This document shows positions 37,751-51,104 of a DNA stretch of 64,000 nt, in pieces. The DNA lies in the NCBI RefSeq assembly GCF_964204645.1, contig NC_134025.1, positions 16,653,101 through 16,717,100 of the forward strand, written 5' to 3'. The stretch is from Tubulanus polymorphus (taxonomy: Eukaryota; Animalia; Nemertea). The notes under the pieces are model-generated. The model ran no database searches. It was not told the DNA's origin and saw only the letters and a program-made list of their open reading frames with translations. Position 1 is the first letter of the stretch. Each line of letters opens with the position of its first letter. The position numbers and the translations under genes were made by a program.

Positions 37751-37822
37751 TTCTGACCACGCAGAATCTATATCCACCTTGGTGAGTGAACCAGGACTTT
37801 CACGAGACGCGCTTCACCTGGT

Positions 37823-38642
37823 GTGTTGGCCGGGCCTGGCCATGTCCAAGGGACATGGCTCTGGTTGCCTGCCGATGTCTCGGTTGTTTGCCGGCTTCTG
37901 CGTCAGCATAGAACTTTCTAGGCTATTTTGCAATCAGTGTCAAATCAGGTCGCAGCGCACCGCTAATAGCGTCAGCTTAGAGGTGAATTCCAGGTCAGAG
38001 CGTTTCACATACTTGTATATACTGTAAATATCTATGTAAATAATACTTTGTTGTAGGTGCATTATAGCGGTTGGTTTATAGGGGCCGGAGGGGGTTTGCC
38101 GGCGTGTTTTCCATGGTTCACAGGGGTTGTCTTCTTAGGGTATTTAGGTGGAGAAAAAGCTTTGAGGGGGTACACGGTATACCGGGGTAAGGATGGGCTG
38201 CGCCAGAACCGCGGTCCACAGGGGTTGTTTTCTTAGGGTATTTAGGTGGAGAAAAAGCTTTGAGAGGGTACACGGTATACCGGGGTAAGGATGGGCTGCG
38301 CCAGAACCGCGGTCCACAGGGGTTGTTTTCTTAGGGTATTTAGGTGGAGAAAAAGCTTTGAGAGGGTACACGGTATACCGGGGTAAGGATGGGCTGCGCC
38401 AGAACCGCGTTCCACAGGGGTTGTCTTCTTAGGGTATTTAGGTGGAGATAAAGCTTTGAGAGGGTACACGGTATACCGGGGTAAGGATAGGCTGCGCAAG
38501 AACCGCGGTCCACAGGGGTTGTCTTCTTAGGGTATTTAGGTGGAGATAAAGCTTTGAGAGGGTACACGGTATACCGGGGTAAGGATAGGCTGCGCCAGAA
38601 CCGGGGTCGGGCTGCGCCAGAACCGCTATTTTGTATACTACT
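37823..38642. repeat. Right TIR of element B, with five 98-bp tandem units (~38115-38602)
   Basis: Reverse complement of 11465-12194 with one extra unit. Confidence 0.95.
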
Positions 38643-38648
38643 GAATTA

Positions 38649-39757
38649 GTAAATAATTCTGAAAGATTAAGACATTTACAATCAAGTCCTAGACATTTAG
38701 GAAATTTAGAAGATTTGAAGATTATTTAGCTGCAGTTAAATTAAAAAGAACGTCAATGACATTTAATAAACCTATATTCATTGGTTCAACTGTTTTAGAA
38801 ATATCAAAATTATTAATGTATGATTTTTATTATAATGTTTTACAACCACTTTTTGGGGAAAAAAAATAGAAATCTTATATTTTGATTCTGTAACAGCTGA
38901 CACCCCAATATTATTAAAATGTAATGATAAAATATTGATAAGAAGAATTTCAGAAATAATTCCAAAACAAAATGAACGTTATATTTCATATGGTGAAAAA
39001 GAATTAATACAAATAAATGGATTAATGGATGTTTGGACAAGAAATGGATGGGAAAAATTAAAGAATATAATTAGACATAAAACAAATGAAAAGATTTATA
39101 GAGTTAGAACTAAATTAGGGTTTGTAGATGTTACAGAAGATCATAGTTTTATTAAACGAAATGGTGATGAAATAAAACAAACTGATATAAAAATTGGAGA
39201 TGAATTGTTACATAAAAGATTTTTCCAAAGAATGAATCATATGTCATTTGATGAAATAATTGATAATATTTATAATATAGAACCTGAAACATTAGAAGAA
39301 AAAGAATATTTTATCAAAGGATTTTTTATGGGAGATGGTTCAGCAGGTGTGTATAATTATGTTAATCGCACTCAATATTGCTGGAATATATGCAATCAAG
39401 ATTTGAAATTATTAGAAAGAATAAAGAAATACTGTGAAGTTTAAAGATGAATTAGGGGGTGATGAAATGATTGAATTTGTTGGGATAAGAAGTAAAATGC
39501 ATAGTTATAGAACAAAAGATCACGAAGCTAAAAAGTTAAAAGGAATAACAAAGCATGTGGTTGATAAACATATAGAATTTCAAGATTATATAAAGTGTTT
39601 ATATAACTCAATTGTAATGAAACATAAAATGAATTGTTTAAGATCAGAAGATAACGAGATGTACATTAATGAAGTTGAAAAAACTAGTTTGAATCCATTC
39701 GATGATAAAAGATATATTTTGGGTGATGGAATAAAAACATTGCCTGATGGTTATTAA
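38649..39757 (+). pseudogene. Element A pPolB, second part (with intein and a deletion)
   Basis: FNKPIFIGSTVLEISKLLMYDFYY...ILYFD, then the intein, then KFKDELGG..EFVGIRSKMHSY...KKLKGI...SLNPFDDKRYI. Confidence 0.93.
38887..39436 (+). other. Intein (N-terminal splicing region plus first LAGLIDADG motif), C-half deleted
   Basis: In frame after LYFD: block A SVTADTPI, VWTRNGW..L..IIRHKT..KIYRV.T..G.VDVTEDHS (block B TxxH), IKIGDELLH, and the endonuclease motif YFIKGFFMGDGS. Confidence 0.9.
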
Positions 39758-39809
39758 AACATAAAATCAAGATCATCATACTCGAAATCACTACTGGTTT
39801 CTTCATTTT

Positions 39810-42412
39810 TAGGACGTCGTGGTAACACGACGTCCTGTTGGAATCGTGTAAGTCAGTTTGTTAAGACGTAGTTAATTTCTCGGAAGTGACTGAAAGCTTG
39901 GAGCTGTAACTTGCACATTATTTTAGTCATGAATTTTAAAGGATTGAGATTTGTTTCCCGTGGAATTCTATGCGGTAACTGCGGAGAAATTTCTAAAAAA
40001 CATGCGATTTTGGCCCGTTTTGGTTGTACGTCGTGGTCGTAAGAGTTAACGCTATGCTGTTGTTATGGGATACCGCAATAAAAACTAATTATACAAATGA
40101 TGTTTGATGGAGATATGAATATTTATTAATTAAAGAATATATATGTTTTCAATCGGCATAAATTGGTGGCGTTTGTTTTTCATTTTATTGAAAAAAATAA
40201 ATATTTGCGGGACTGTTCTCGCTGGACAGGAAGTGGAGTAGTCGTAGCAGTACACGTACACGTGCGCCGTTTTCCAAGAATCAAGTTTCCGTTGTAAGTA
40301 TTGTTTAATTTATTTTGTGAATTGTGTATCTCACATGTCTCAAAACATCACACGCTTGCACTGCTTTATCGGGAAAACTTATGAGATCGTAAATTAAGAT
40401 GAGAAGCAGCACTTAATTCGCCGGGAATTAAGCCCGGAGGATCCATATTACTTTTAGTAGTTATAATATATAGGTCAAGTTAAGCGGTTGCGAAGCGTTC
40501 CTTAATTTCTTTGATATGCAAGTCGGTTTCGTCTCTTGTGAATAACAATTCGATCTACTGGGTTGAAATGAGACCTACGTAGTATGTGCTCGATCCTCCA
40601 CAGCTTTACAATACAGTCATAGCCTAAGAGTGACAGCACAGCGCACACAACACAGCATAGCAGTGAACTAGGCCTACACTATACAGCAGTATACACTGCC
40701 TATCTCGCTTGTTGATAAGACATCCCCCCTCAGCAGGGATTCGAACCTAATGGCCTCGGTACACTCAGCCACGGCAATTCAATTTAATTTATTCATAAAA
40801 TATGTACATACAAAGATTGTCAATGAACATAAGCAAGGAGAAAGAAAAGCAGTCACAAACAAATGAAATGCTTACAAAAAATACAATTGAGACATAACAA
40901 TGAAAATGGAGCACCAAGTTGAGACAGTTGATGCAACTGAGTTCTTAAAGGAGCCACACTTAACAACTCTATTTACAATATTATTTACAAGCAATTTGTT
41001 TAAAGCCGAATTTTGTCAAAATGCCTAGGTTTATCAGGCACGAACCCCCACAAATTTAGTATCAGTTTGAAAAAAAATTTAGAAAAAAGTTTTCATATTT
41101 CAAAGAAGAACAGGTTATAGAGCCAGGTTAAAAAAAATTACAATTATGTCCACACATACGTGACGCCATCTATCATGAAAACTATGTACTAAGTGTCAAC
41201 TCCAGTCAACGGGCTTTTCAAGCAATTATTTCGGACACTTTTATAACTTAGATTGCAGCTAATATTGAAAATGTGTGGACCAGAGGTACTAACGGTTAAG
41301 GTATTCATTTCATTAGTTAACCACTTCAGCAAGTTCTTTGAAGAGAAGTTCCTCAAATCATCCCCACTTAATCTTAAAAAATTAAGACAAAACTCTAGTT
41401 TTGCATTTTCATATCTACCAAATACAAGATGAAATATTTGTTGATTGATTTTGTTTTGTTTTTCAGACTCTGAGAGCACCAAGGGTAACAAAAAACTACG
41501 AGATTCTTGTCATTGAAAAGATAGATTCAACCGATGTAAACTTTTTATGCGACCTCGGTGAAAACACAGATTGCTTCAGTATTAAGATACCTAAACCTAT
41601 GCATTGTAATTATTACCAATTGCAAAAAGTATCATTCGAACTAAAACAGTTTTTGAAACATGGTTTAACACACATTCGGTACAATTTGATTAGGTGTCTA
41701 ATTAACATTATGTCTTATACATAACATGTACATCCACTTCCTGTGTTGTGAATAATCAGCAAACAAGATCAGTTGTTAAATCAGCAAATAAAACTATTTT
41801 TACATGTTTCTATATATTCAATCTTGGTGTTCTTCATGCATTTCAGCAGGATATCTGGCCGACACCTCCATCCATCAGCTTTCAAAATTGAGATTTTGAC
41901 ACTATATGGGATAACATTTTAGTCAAGATTTCAATTTCATGGATAACATTACCAAGGACTTGTATCAACATTTCTGTACAGTTCACATCTATTTTGAAAC
42001 AAATGCAGTAAAAATTACCGCTAGATTCCCTATCATACCTAGGGGTCTGCAGGCAAATGATCCCTGGTTTTGTTAATTTGATTTAAAAGTGTTTTGATAG
42101 AGATTTGTCCCTCCAATGAATTGATAATTTGCTGCGGCACATTTGAAATTGAAAAATGCTGCAGGTTTAAAAGAATTGACATGGGTTGCTGTCGCCACCT
42201 ACTGCATTCTATGATTGCTGTAGGTGAGATTTGCCCAGATTTTAGGCCTGGTACTGTTACAAATGACGCCAACTAGATCCACCTAATAGTTACCGTAAGT
42301 GTTTATGAAACTGCTTCTAGTCAGCATTGTTTGCTCCACCCATATAATATTTATGTTGCCCATGAAAGTAAGTGCATACATATACAAACGACGTCCTGTT
42401 AGAAAGTGTGTT
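39810..42412. mobile_element. Composite insertion in element A (piggyBac-like ends, SINE and LINE debris)
   Basis: Sharp change in composition; repeated ACGACGTCCTGTT ends, a GAGTTAA end at ~40049, a tRNA B-box-like GGGATTCGAACC at ~40736 and degraded LINE-like coding remnants. Confidence 0.5.
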
Positions 42413-42457
42413 TCTAGTTATTTAAATATTTAGGTTCTTCCATTTCATTTTTCTCAT

Positions 42458-43674
42458 TTAAAGTTCTACATTGTACCACATTTGATCTCTTTGTTTCTTT
42501 TTGTTTGTTAATTCATCAAATGGAATTATAATATCGATGTTTAAAAAATTTACAATCTTATTTAAAATGAATTCATAATTAATTGAATCTGTTATTCTAT
42601 TATCCACATAATATCTTAATATTTTTGTGAATGTTTTTTTTATATTTTCCATATCTTCTGTTAATTTAGGTTTCTTATAATAATCGTTAAATAATAGATA
42701 TAAATACATTTTCTTTTTTTGTGTGTTACATGTTGATGGAATAATTGTTTTTATTATATCTTTTTTAGTTATTTCACCATTTTTATTTTCAATCATTTTC
42801 ATTTTGTCAAGCTATTGCTTATATTCTGGTGTATGAAAATATTTTGAAAATTTCTTCTAGATATTTTAATTTTGGTTCTATAAGAATATCTCTAGTTTTT
42901 TCATCACCCCATAAATTCCTTTGCCATCCACATTCATTACAAAATATCACAGAACCTTCTTGTCTTAAGTACTTATAAATACATTGTGGGCATTTTTTTC
43001 TATCATTTCTTGGTAATAGATCTTCATTCAGCTCTTGGTATTTTCTTACGTTTTCTTTATGTTTTATTGTTCTATTATGTAGATTTGAATTACTAGTTGT
43101 AATAATCAATTTACAATATTAACAATAATATGTTTTTCTTACTAATTCATTATATTGTTTTTTCTAAATTTTCAACTGTTTCTTCATTATCTGGTAACGT
43201 TTTCTCATATTTCATTTTTACTAATATATTATTTTTTCTTTCATTGAATTCAGTTTCAAATTTATTAGAAATTTTATCTATATGTGCTTTACGAAATTGA
43301 TGATTCTCCCAATCTTCTATATTTTCAGGGCTATATTTAATTCGACAAGAATTAATCTTTTACAGAAATAATCTCACAGAAATAATCTTTTATATTATCC
43401 TTATCAAAGAATAAGAAAGGTCTTTTCCAAATATTTTCAGATTCAACTTCAACAGAATTACTATTACTTTCGTTACTATCAACATTAACCGTTGTGTCAT
43501 TAACTTAACACTTCTCTGAATGTTTTTTAACATCATTTCTTGAGAATAATTTATTACAATTTGGGCAGTTTATTTTAGGGGGTTTATAATTTTTATCATG
43601 TTTTTCATATGTCGAGCCATATTACTTTTTCTTAGAAGTTCACCACAAATTTCACATGGTATCTTCTCATCCAT
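42458..43674 (-). pseudogene. Zinc-finger / VLTF3-like late transcription factor region of element A
   Basis: N-terminal C2H2-like fingers, a CPQC...FCNECG ribbon, and C-terminal SINYEFILNKIVNFL..IIP..L.NKKKQRDQMW resembling the VLTF3 family end. Frameshifted; may be two genes. Confidence 0.65.
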
Positions 43675-43741
43675 TTATTTAGGAAAAATTTTATTAAAAT
43701 TAATTTTTAGTGATGAGCGGTAATTTTTTATGTTATAAATA

Positions 43742-44501
43742 ATGGTTGAATTAAAAGAATATAGAATATTTGTTGATTCAAGAAGACTTACTCATTATAA
43801 ATCACATAATTTACTAGTACAATTAGATCGAGAAATTAAGAATTGTGTAGATTTAAAATTAGTAAATGTAAGTTTATGCAACACATTTTACAATGTATCG
43901 AATAAAACTGTTGAACATAGAGCCTTTTTAATTTTTAATAAAAATAAAAATGAATGGGCCTATATATATTTAAAACTGGGTTATATAATTTAGATACATT
44001 GGCACAAGAAATTAATAGAAAAGCCTGGCACAAGTCGGGTAATAATTCCGGGTTTAATATTAGATTTTTAAAAAGTGAGAGTTCTAACAAAATAAAGATA
44101 AGGTTGGCTGATATTGAAAAACATAAATTTATGGTAAAAAAACCTATAGCTAAACTGTTAGGAAATCCTCCAGATAAATTTTTTTTACAAATATTGAAGC
44201 TACACCAAACTTAATATCTTTTACACACTTTTATATTTATTGCAATTTAATCGATCCTACAAATACATTTGAAGCAACTAAACATATAACTTGTAATTCT
44301 GGTTTATTAAACATTTTACCATTGAAGAATGTTAAAGAATTTGGAACTCAAATAAATTATAATTTAACAGAATGTGATTTCAAACCATGCATTCCTCAAT
44401 TTAATAATTTTAGATTAGAAATTAGAAATCATAATGGATATTTAATTGATTTTAATAACTTTCCTGTGATATATGAATTAGTTATAAGATGTAGAGAGTA
44501 A
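43742..44501 (+). pseudogene. Element A probable minor capsid (penton) protein
   Basis: YRIFVDSR, NTFYNVS, GLYNLDTL, FYIYCNLID and LIDFNNFP across frameshifts. Confidence 0.7.
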
Positions 44502-44517
44502 TTTTTTCACTATATAA

Positions 44518-45951
44518 ATGAATATAACTGTTGGACCGAGTATATGTTTTGGGTTTGATTTTAAACATGGTAAAGAAATGAGAATTAAACTAAATGATGT
44601 AATTACTGATATTAAACGTAAATCATTCAAAAGAAAATTATAATATAGAAAAAGTAATTGATTTAATTAAAACGCCTTTAGAATATTATGAATTAAATCA
44701 AGATGGAATTATCGATGATATTAAAGATATATTATCTAAAATATATGATAATCATAAAAGTAGTAATGAAATAAATGTTGAAATAATTATAACTAAGATA
44801 AATAAATATTTTGAAGATAGTAATTTTGATAAATTAATGAGTGATAATAAGTGGATAATAACTGGATTATATAATGAAGCATTATTATCAGTTGGAACTG
44901 TTGATTATTCAATGGTATCAAAAAAGGTATTTAAAATGGGAAGGGTTAATGTTGATAGATTTGATATAAATGATATCTTAAAATAAACGTTAGCGGTTAC
45001 TTTATCTAATTTAACTATTGATTATTTAGAAAAACAAAAATATATTCCTCCTGTATAAATGTCTAATTTTTTTACTAAATAAATGGCATCTGCAATTATA
45101 ACTATTATAGGATCGGCAATTGTTAACGCTTTAGCATTTACAGGTGGTGGGTATTTGTTTAAGCATATTGATAAAAATGGTTCATTATCAGAACAAAAAA
45201 GACATAACTTAGCATTAGAGAAATACAATAGAGCAGCAGAAGAACATAGAGAAAAGAGGCAAAACTATATGGATTACATCAATAAATAATTTTATGATCA
45301 GAAGATTTCACATCGAGATTTTCAATCAGTTGATGATGCAATGAGTTTATATAACGCGGTAACCAATAAAGAAAAATTACATCTATACAAACCTAAATTA
45401 TCAGATTATTATACCCCAAGGAAAGAACAACAGAAATATGAAATAATTTGGATTTTAGGTGGAACAGTTATTGTTATATTTGTAGCATATAAATTTACTA
45501 ATTAGTAATTTCTTTTCTAAATAAATGGATGATAAAGTTGATAATATTGATATTATTCCTCATGATATAAATAAAACCAAATTAAAAACATATTTAGAAA
45601 AACAAATATTAGAATTTGAAAATGATTTAAAAATAAAATGATTTTAAAAGTAAAATTATATATTATTTTATTATCAGTGGTTCAGTTACAATTAGTTCCG
45701 TAATAACATTTCTAGCAATATTCAGTCCATTAACACCTTTAGCTATATCAATTGGTGTGCTAGGATTATCATCAAGTGTATTAACTGGTATAAGTTCAAA
45801 ATTAAATATAAAAAGTAATAAAGAAAAAATTAAAACTAATATAAAAGAAATTAATAAATTAAAAAATACACTAGATTATATAATAAGTTTAAATGGTATT
45901 ATAACAGTTGAAGAACAAGTTAAATTATTAAAAGAATTAAAAAATTATTAA
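44518..45951 (+). pseudogene. Cluster of small hypothetical or membrane genes (starts at 44518, 45083, 45525)
   Basis: Each start follows TAAATG. Includes MASAIITIIGSAIVNALAFTGGGYLF...EQKRHNLALEKY and a decayed homolog of B's 35420 gene. Confidence 0.6.
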
Positions 45952-45967
45952 TTTTTTTATTATATAA

Positions 45968-47343
45968 ATGGTAGATAGTTTTCCGAAAGCTTTCCAATAT
46001 AATAAATCAATTAAATATAATATTCCTGCAATAGATTTTAATAAAGATATTTCATATAGAAATGAAGTTTTAAATTCATTAATTAATTTAGATATTTATG
46101 TTACTGAAACTAATAATTTTAATGTTAAGGTGGAAAATATATTCAATATTTACGTAATAAATTTTACAAATTTAAATGAGGCAAAACAATGGTTATTAAA
46201 ATCTAATATGAAATATTGGCAGAACCAATTAAATTTTGCTGTTTTTTGTGCAACAACAGGGTCTGGTATAAGTTGGAATGATCATTTGAATAAACCAAGT
46301 TTACCATTAATATTATCACTTTTTAGATTTCATACATATTTTCAAATAAAATTAATATTAGATGAATTAGAATGTCCTTTACCAGGTTCAAAATACTTTA
46401 ATAAACTAAATAATAATATTAATTTTTCTAAGTTTTATAAAATATGTAATGAATTTAATATTAATTCAAATAATGATTTTAGAGCAAAAACTGGAACAAT
46501 GGGTGGATTAGGAATATTATATACTAAAGAATTTGGAAAAATAATGACAAATTCAGATATAAGAACACTAGATTGGAATGAATTACCAAAATATTATAAT
46601 AATATACAACAATAAAATAATAATGGTAGGATTAATTTCATTTTAGAAAATAGTGAAGGTTTTACTAACTCAGGTATACAAAGAATGAATCAATCTATTA
46701 GAACTTGTTTGATATGTATTTTAGGTGCGCAAGTTGAAACAAGATCACCAATCGTTGGAAATGATAACACTTCATTTGATACACAGAAACAATTCAAAGT
46801 TTTATTTGAAGATTCAATTCATAATGATAAAAATAGATCGATTTCAGAAAATATAGTAAGATATCAAAATTATTTAGATAAATCACATATTAGATTAAAT
46901 TATTGTATAGGCCCTAATCTATTAATTATTTCTAATGATTTAATATTAAAGATGGGAAATATAATTGGTTATAATAATCTAATTAAGACTGCAACAATAA
47001 ATAATTCATTTGGATTGAGTGATATAAATAAAAAGATTATTACTGCTCCAAAATTAATGGAAGGTGAAAATAGAAGGTGTAAAAATTAAAAAACATATTC
47101 AATCAACAGAAACTAAAACTAAGAATATTAAATTAAATGATGATTCTAAAATAAAAGATTACAATACTACAGAAAATGGTGCCGTACGGCACCCACACGG
47201 TGATATAAAAACTGATAATATTCAACATGACATATTTAAAACTGATTATGATAATAAATCCCATGAAAATGCTAAATTAGCTATTACTTGTATAGGAATT
47301 GTAATAGGAGGAATATTATATTTTAAATTTTTTTATTATATAA
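45968..47343 (+). pseudogene. Element A WQNQLNFA-family conserved protein
   Basis: KYWQNQLNFAVFCATTGSGISW, FRFHTYFQ, CILGAQVETR, IGPNL; C-terminal hydrophobic helix. Confidence 0.85.
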
Positions 47344-47357
47344 ATAATTATAATTGG

Positions 47358-48790
47358 ATGTAAAAGGTGGAGAAGATATTGGAATGGATACTTTGATGGA
47401 CCCGGTATAACTGAAGAACAACCACCTGATTTTAATGAAACAAGTTTTAGTAACGATAATGAAACAGCATATAATTCTAATTTAGCAAGACCTGATACAA
47501 ATGAATATGTTAATAAAGCACGTTCAAGATTGGACATTGAAAATGAAAATCCAGATTTAATAAAAAAAGAATTAGAATATGAAGAATTAACTGAAAAATT
47601 TAAACCAATATTTTAAAAAATCTGGTTTCAATATAACTAATAAAGGTGTGAATTATTTAGTAAAAGATTTGAAATATTTAAATGGTGATTATTATTGGCA
47701 TTTGAAAGATGACTATTATTTTAAGATATCTTCTAATAAAAGTCTCGATAAAATAATAACAAAACCAACTTTAATTAAATTAGAACAATCTAGAATTAAG
47801 AAAATCAACAATGATGTTATAACTGATGTTACAGAACAAGAGATAAATCAAAATAGAACAGAATTTAATCGAAGAAATAATGATTTTTTGAAGATAATTA
47901 GTGAAAATTTAGAACCAGAAACAATTCCTAAAGAAGTTATTAATTCCAAAACTAGTAAACTTAAATCAACCGAAGTTCAAACTGAAAAACCTTTACAAAA
48001 TGGGTTACTAGATGCAACAGATCAAGAATTAGAAGATTTAAATATATTTTCTGATGAAGCAATTAGAGAAATTAAAGGTATAAGAAAGGAAGCTGATAAA
48101 ATTTCTGAGATAAAATTAGAAAGAGATCATAAAATCAGGTTTTTAGAAGATAAATTATCTAGTAAAAATAAAGAATTAGAACAATCAAAATCTGATTTAG
48201 ATCATCAAGCAATTGATGAAATGTAATATAGACAAAAGGAATTACGTTTAGAAAAAGAAATTGATGATTTAAAATATAACATAGAATTACAGAAAGAAGA
48301 AATTAAATTATTATTAAAAGAATATGGTAAAAATTTTAAAAGGTTAAAAGATGTTTTTAAAAGATATCTAATAAAACCAAATTCTGAAATATCATTGAAT
48401 GATAGAATAAAATTATGATTTAAGTTAGAAGGTATAACAATTCTTTCAATTCTAACAGCTGTTACTATGTTATTTACAACAATTGGTTTAGCGATATCAA
48501 ATCCATTAAAATCTACACCTACTCCCAATAAACCGGATAAACCTCCAGGTCATAATAATTCTCTACAAGACAAAGTTAAAGATGGTTTAAAAAAATTAGC
48601 AAAATATCTATGGGAACTATCTAAAAAATCTTCTGCAGCTTTACCTGGAGTTATTGCATCAATTGTTGGTTTTATATTGAAATCTGCTGGGAATATTCTT
48701 AACTTTGCTGCTGAACATATTATTTTATTTTAAATTACAGTTGTAAGTGCTATTATTTTTGGGTTAATGAATATGATAAAAAATAAATAA
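47358..48790 (+). pseudogene. Element A coiled-coil / membrane protein
   Basis: Homologous to B's 33205-34227 at the C-terminus; several stops. Confidence 0.7.
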
Positions 48791-48810
48791 TTAATTTTTT
48801 TGTTAAATAA

Positions 48811-49922
48811 ATGAGTGGGAGTTATATCAATCCTTCTAAGAATTCAATAATATCTAATGCTATTAAAGCAGAAGGATCTCATCATATAATTACTCATAAT
48901 CCTTCTAATATCAATCCTGATGAAACTTTATATGTTAGAATCCCGAGATTAAAAAATTAACTGCAAAGGTTGGACCAGAAACAGTTTTCTCATTAGATGA
49001 TTATGATTTATTTATGCATTATAAAGATTTATGGTTAACTAAAGAAAATAGAAATAATATGATATTTCAAGGCATCCAATCAGAAAACCATAATAAATTA
49101 AGATCAGAAGCTAATAATGCAATTATAACTAATGCTAAAGATAATTTGATAAAAAAGATTTATGGAAGCAAACATAAAATTCCATTAGATTTTGAATTGA
49201 TAAATAATAATGCACCTTTATATAAATACGCAATTCAAGAAGATTTTATATACGAAATAACATTTGCTCCTGTTAATGAAATTGTATCATCTAGCGTTGT
49301 TAAAGATATGGGTTATAAATTATCGAATATATGTTTAGAATATGATACAGTAACTGATGAAAATATTTCAAGTATAATTCAAACTCAATACAATCAAGGA
49401 TTTTCATTATTATATGATTATATTGATAAATTTAAAACTGTAACTATTAATGCAAGTGATGAAATAATTAATGAGAATATTAACTTCCCAAGAAGATCTA
49501 TTAAAGGTATATTAATATTTTTCACCATTGCTACATATTCTAATGGCACAATAAATGTTGACAATTATTATAATCCTGAAATAACAAAAGTAGAATTAAC
49601 TATTGAAGGTATAGCAAATAAAATATTTTGTCAAGGAATGAGAATGATCGATCAATGGCCAGAAATTAGAGAACATTTTATGAATGAAAGAAATAAATCA
49701 TCTGAAATTTGTAATATTAATCAAATTGATTATTATACCGGTAATTAATATGCATTATGGTTAGATTTTAGAACAACAGAGGATAATTCATTACATGGTT
49801 CTGGAAAAAAAAATTACAGAACACTAAAGATGTGATACAATTATTTTAAAATGCACATTTATATTATATCTGACGCGCAATTAAATGTTATAAATTCTCA
49901 ATTAGATAGTATTCAATATTAG
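48811..49922 (+). pseudogene. Element A probable major capsid protein
   Basis: ITHNPSNINPDETLYVRIP, YKDLWLT, CLEYDTV, RRSIKGIL, WLDFRTTEDNSLHGSG; has a deletion and stops. Confidence 0.75.
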
Positions 49923-49958
49923 AAATATAAGAAATAAGTTAAAATTAACGATATATAA

Positions 49959-51104
49959 ATGGGTGGTAAAAAAACTCCTAATACTAAAGATCTATATAAG
50001 AACTATATAATATTTAAGAAATTTATATTACAACCCTGAGAGTTCGGTTGCTTATTCTTCTGTAAAAAATATATGGCGCCAAGTAAAACAAGATAAATTA
50101 GATAAGATAATCCCACAAAATTTAGTTAAATATAAAGATATAAATGAATTTATGTTAGAACAGCCAACATATACAACACATAAAAAATTGTTAGAAAATA
50201 TAAAACTCGTAAAACTACGGTAAGTTATGTAGATCAACAGTGGCAAGGAGATTTAATTGATATGAAAAATGTTAAGAAAGATAATGATGATTATTGGTGG
50301 ATATTGAATATAATTGATATTTTTAGTCGTTATGTATGGAGCTTCCCACTTTATAGAACAGATGCTGTACAAACATCAAATGTTTAAAAAAAATTTCTTT
50401 CGGATGATAAATTAAAACCAGAAAAAATACAATTTGATGATGGAAAAGAATTTGATAATTCATTTGTTCATGAACTCTTAGATAATCATAATATTAGATA
50501 TTTTTCAACAAAATAAAACAGCAGCAGTTGTTGAACGATTTAATAGAACATTAAGAAGAAGAATGTGGAAATATTTAACAGCAAATAATACTTTTAAATG
50601 GATTGATGTTTTACCAAAATTGATAGAAGGTTATAATAAGCTTATCATTCTTCTATTGGAATGAAACCTATTGATGCTGATGAACCTATGAAAACCTGAA
50701 AATGCTGAAATTGTTTGGAATAATTTATATGGAGCATTTCTTGTAGATGATTTTGGTGAACCTAAATTTAAAGTTGGTCAAAATGTTAGAATTTCTAAAT
50801 ATTAAAAGATATTTGACAAAGGATACGATCGTAATTTTACTAGAGAAATATATAAAATAAAAAAGGTAATAACAACAAAACTATATGTCTATAAATTAGA
50901 AGATTTAAATGGTGAAGAAGTTTCTGGGTATTTTTATGAAGAAGAATTGAGTTTAACTACTGAAAATCTAGAACAAGAATATAAAATTGAAAAAGTATTA
51001 AAAACAAAAACTATTAATAGAAAAAATATTCTTTAGTAAAATGGGTTGGATGGCCAGATAAATTTAATGAATGGATATTATCAAGTAAAATTAAAAATAT
51101 ATAA
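49959..51104 (+). pseudogene. Element A RVE integrase with C-terminal chromodomain
   Basis: QQWQGDLIDM, IIDIFSRYVW, KIQFDDGKEF, VERFNRTL, HSSIGMKP, FDKGY and EYKIEKVLK...LVKWVGWPDKFNEWI, read across frameshifts. Confidence 0.9.

Larger units (their letters stand above)
11465..38642 (+). mobile_element. Polinton/Maverick element B, GC-richer, inserted in the pPolB of element A
   Basis: Termini AGTAGTATACAAAATAGCGG / CCGCTATTTTGTATACTACT with a 6-bp TSD GAATTA (11459-11464, 38643-38648). Removal restores A's frame NDIEL-VNNSERLRHLQ. Confidence 0.97.

Noticed and set aside
36054-37777. RT as a bacterial retron, DGR or group II intron
   Set aside because: The motifs are non-LTR type, RNase H is fused, and no msr/msd, TR/VR pair or intron domain V is visible.
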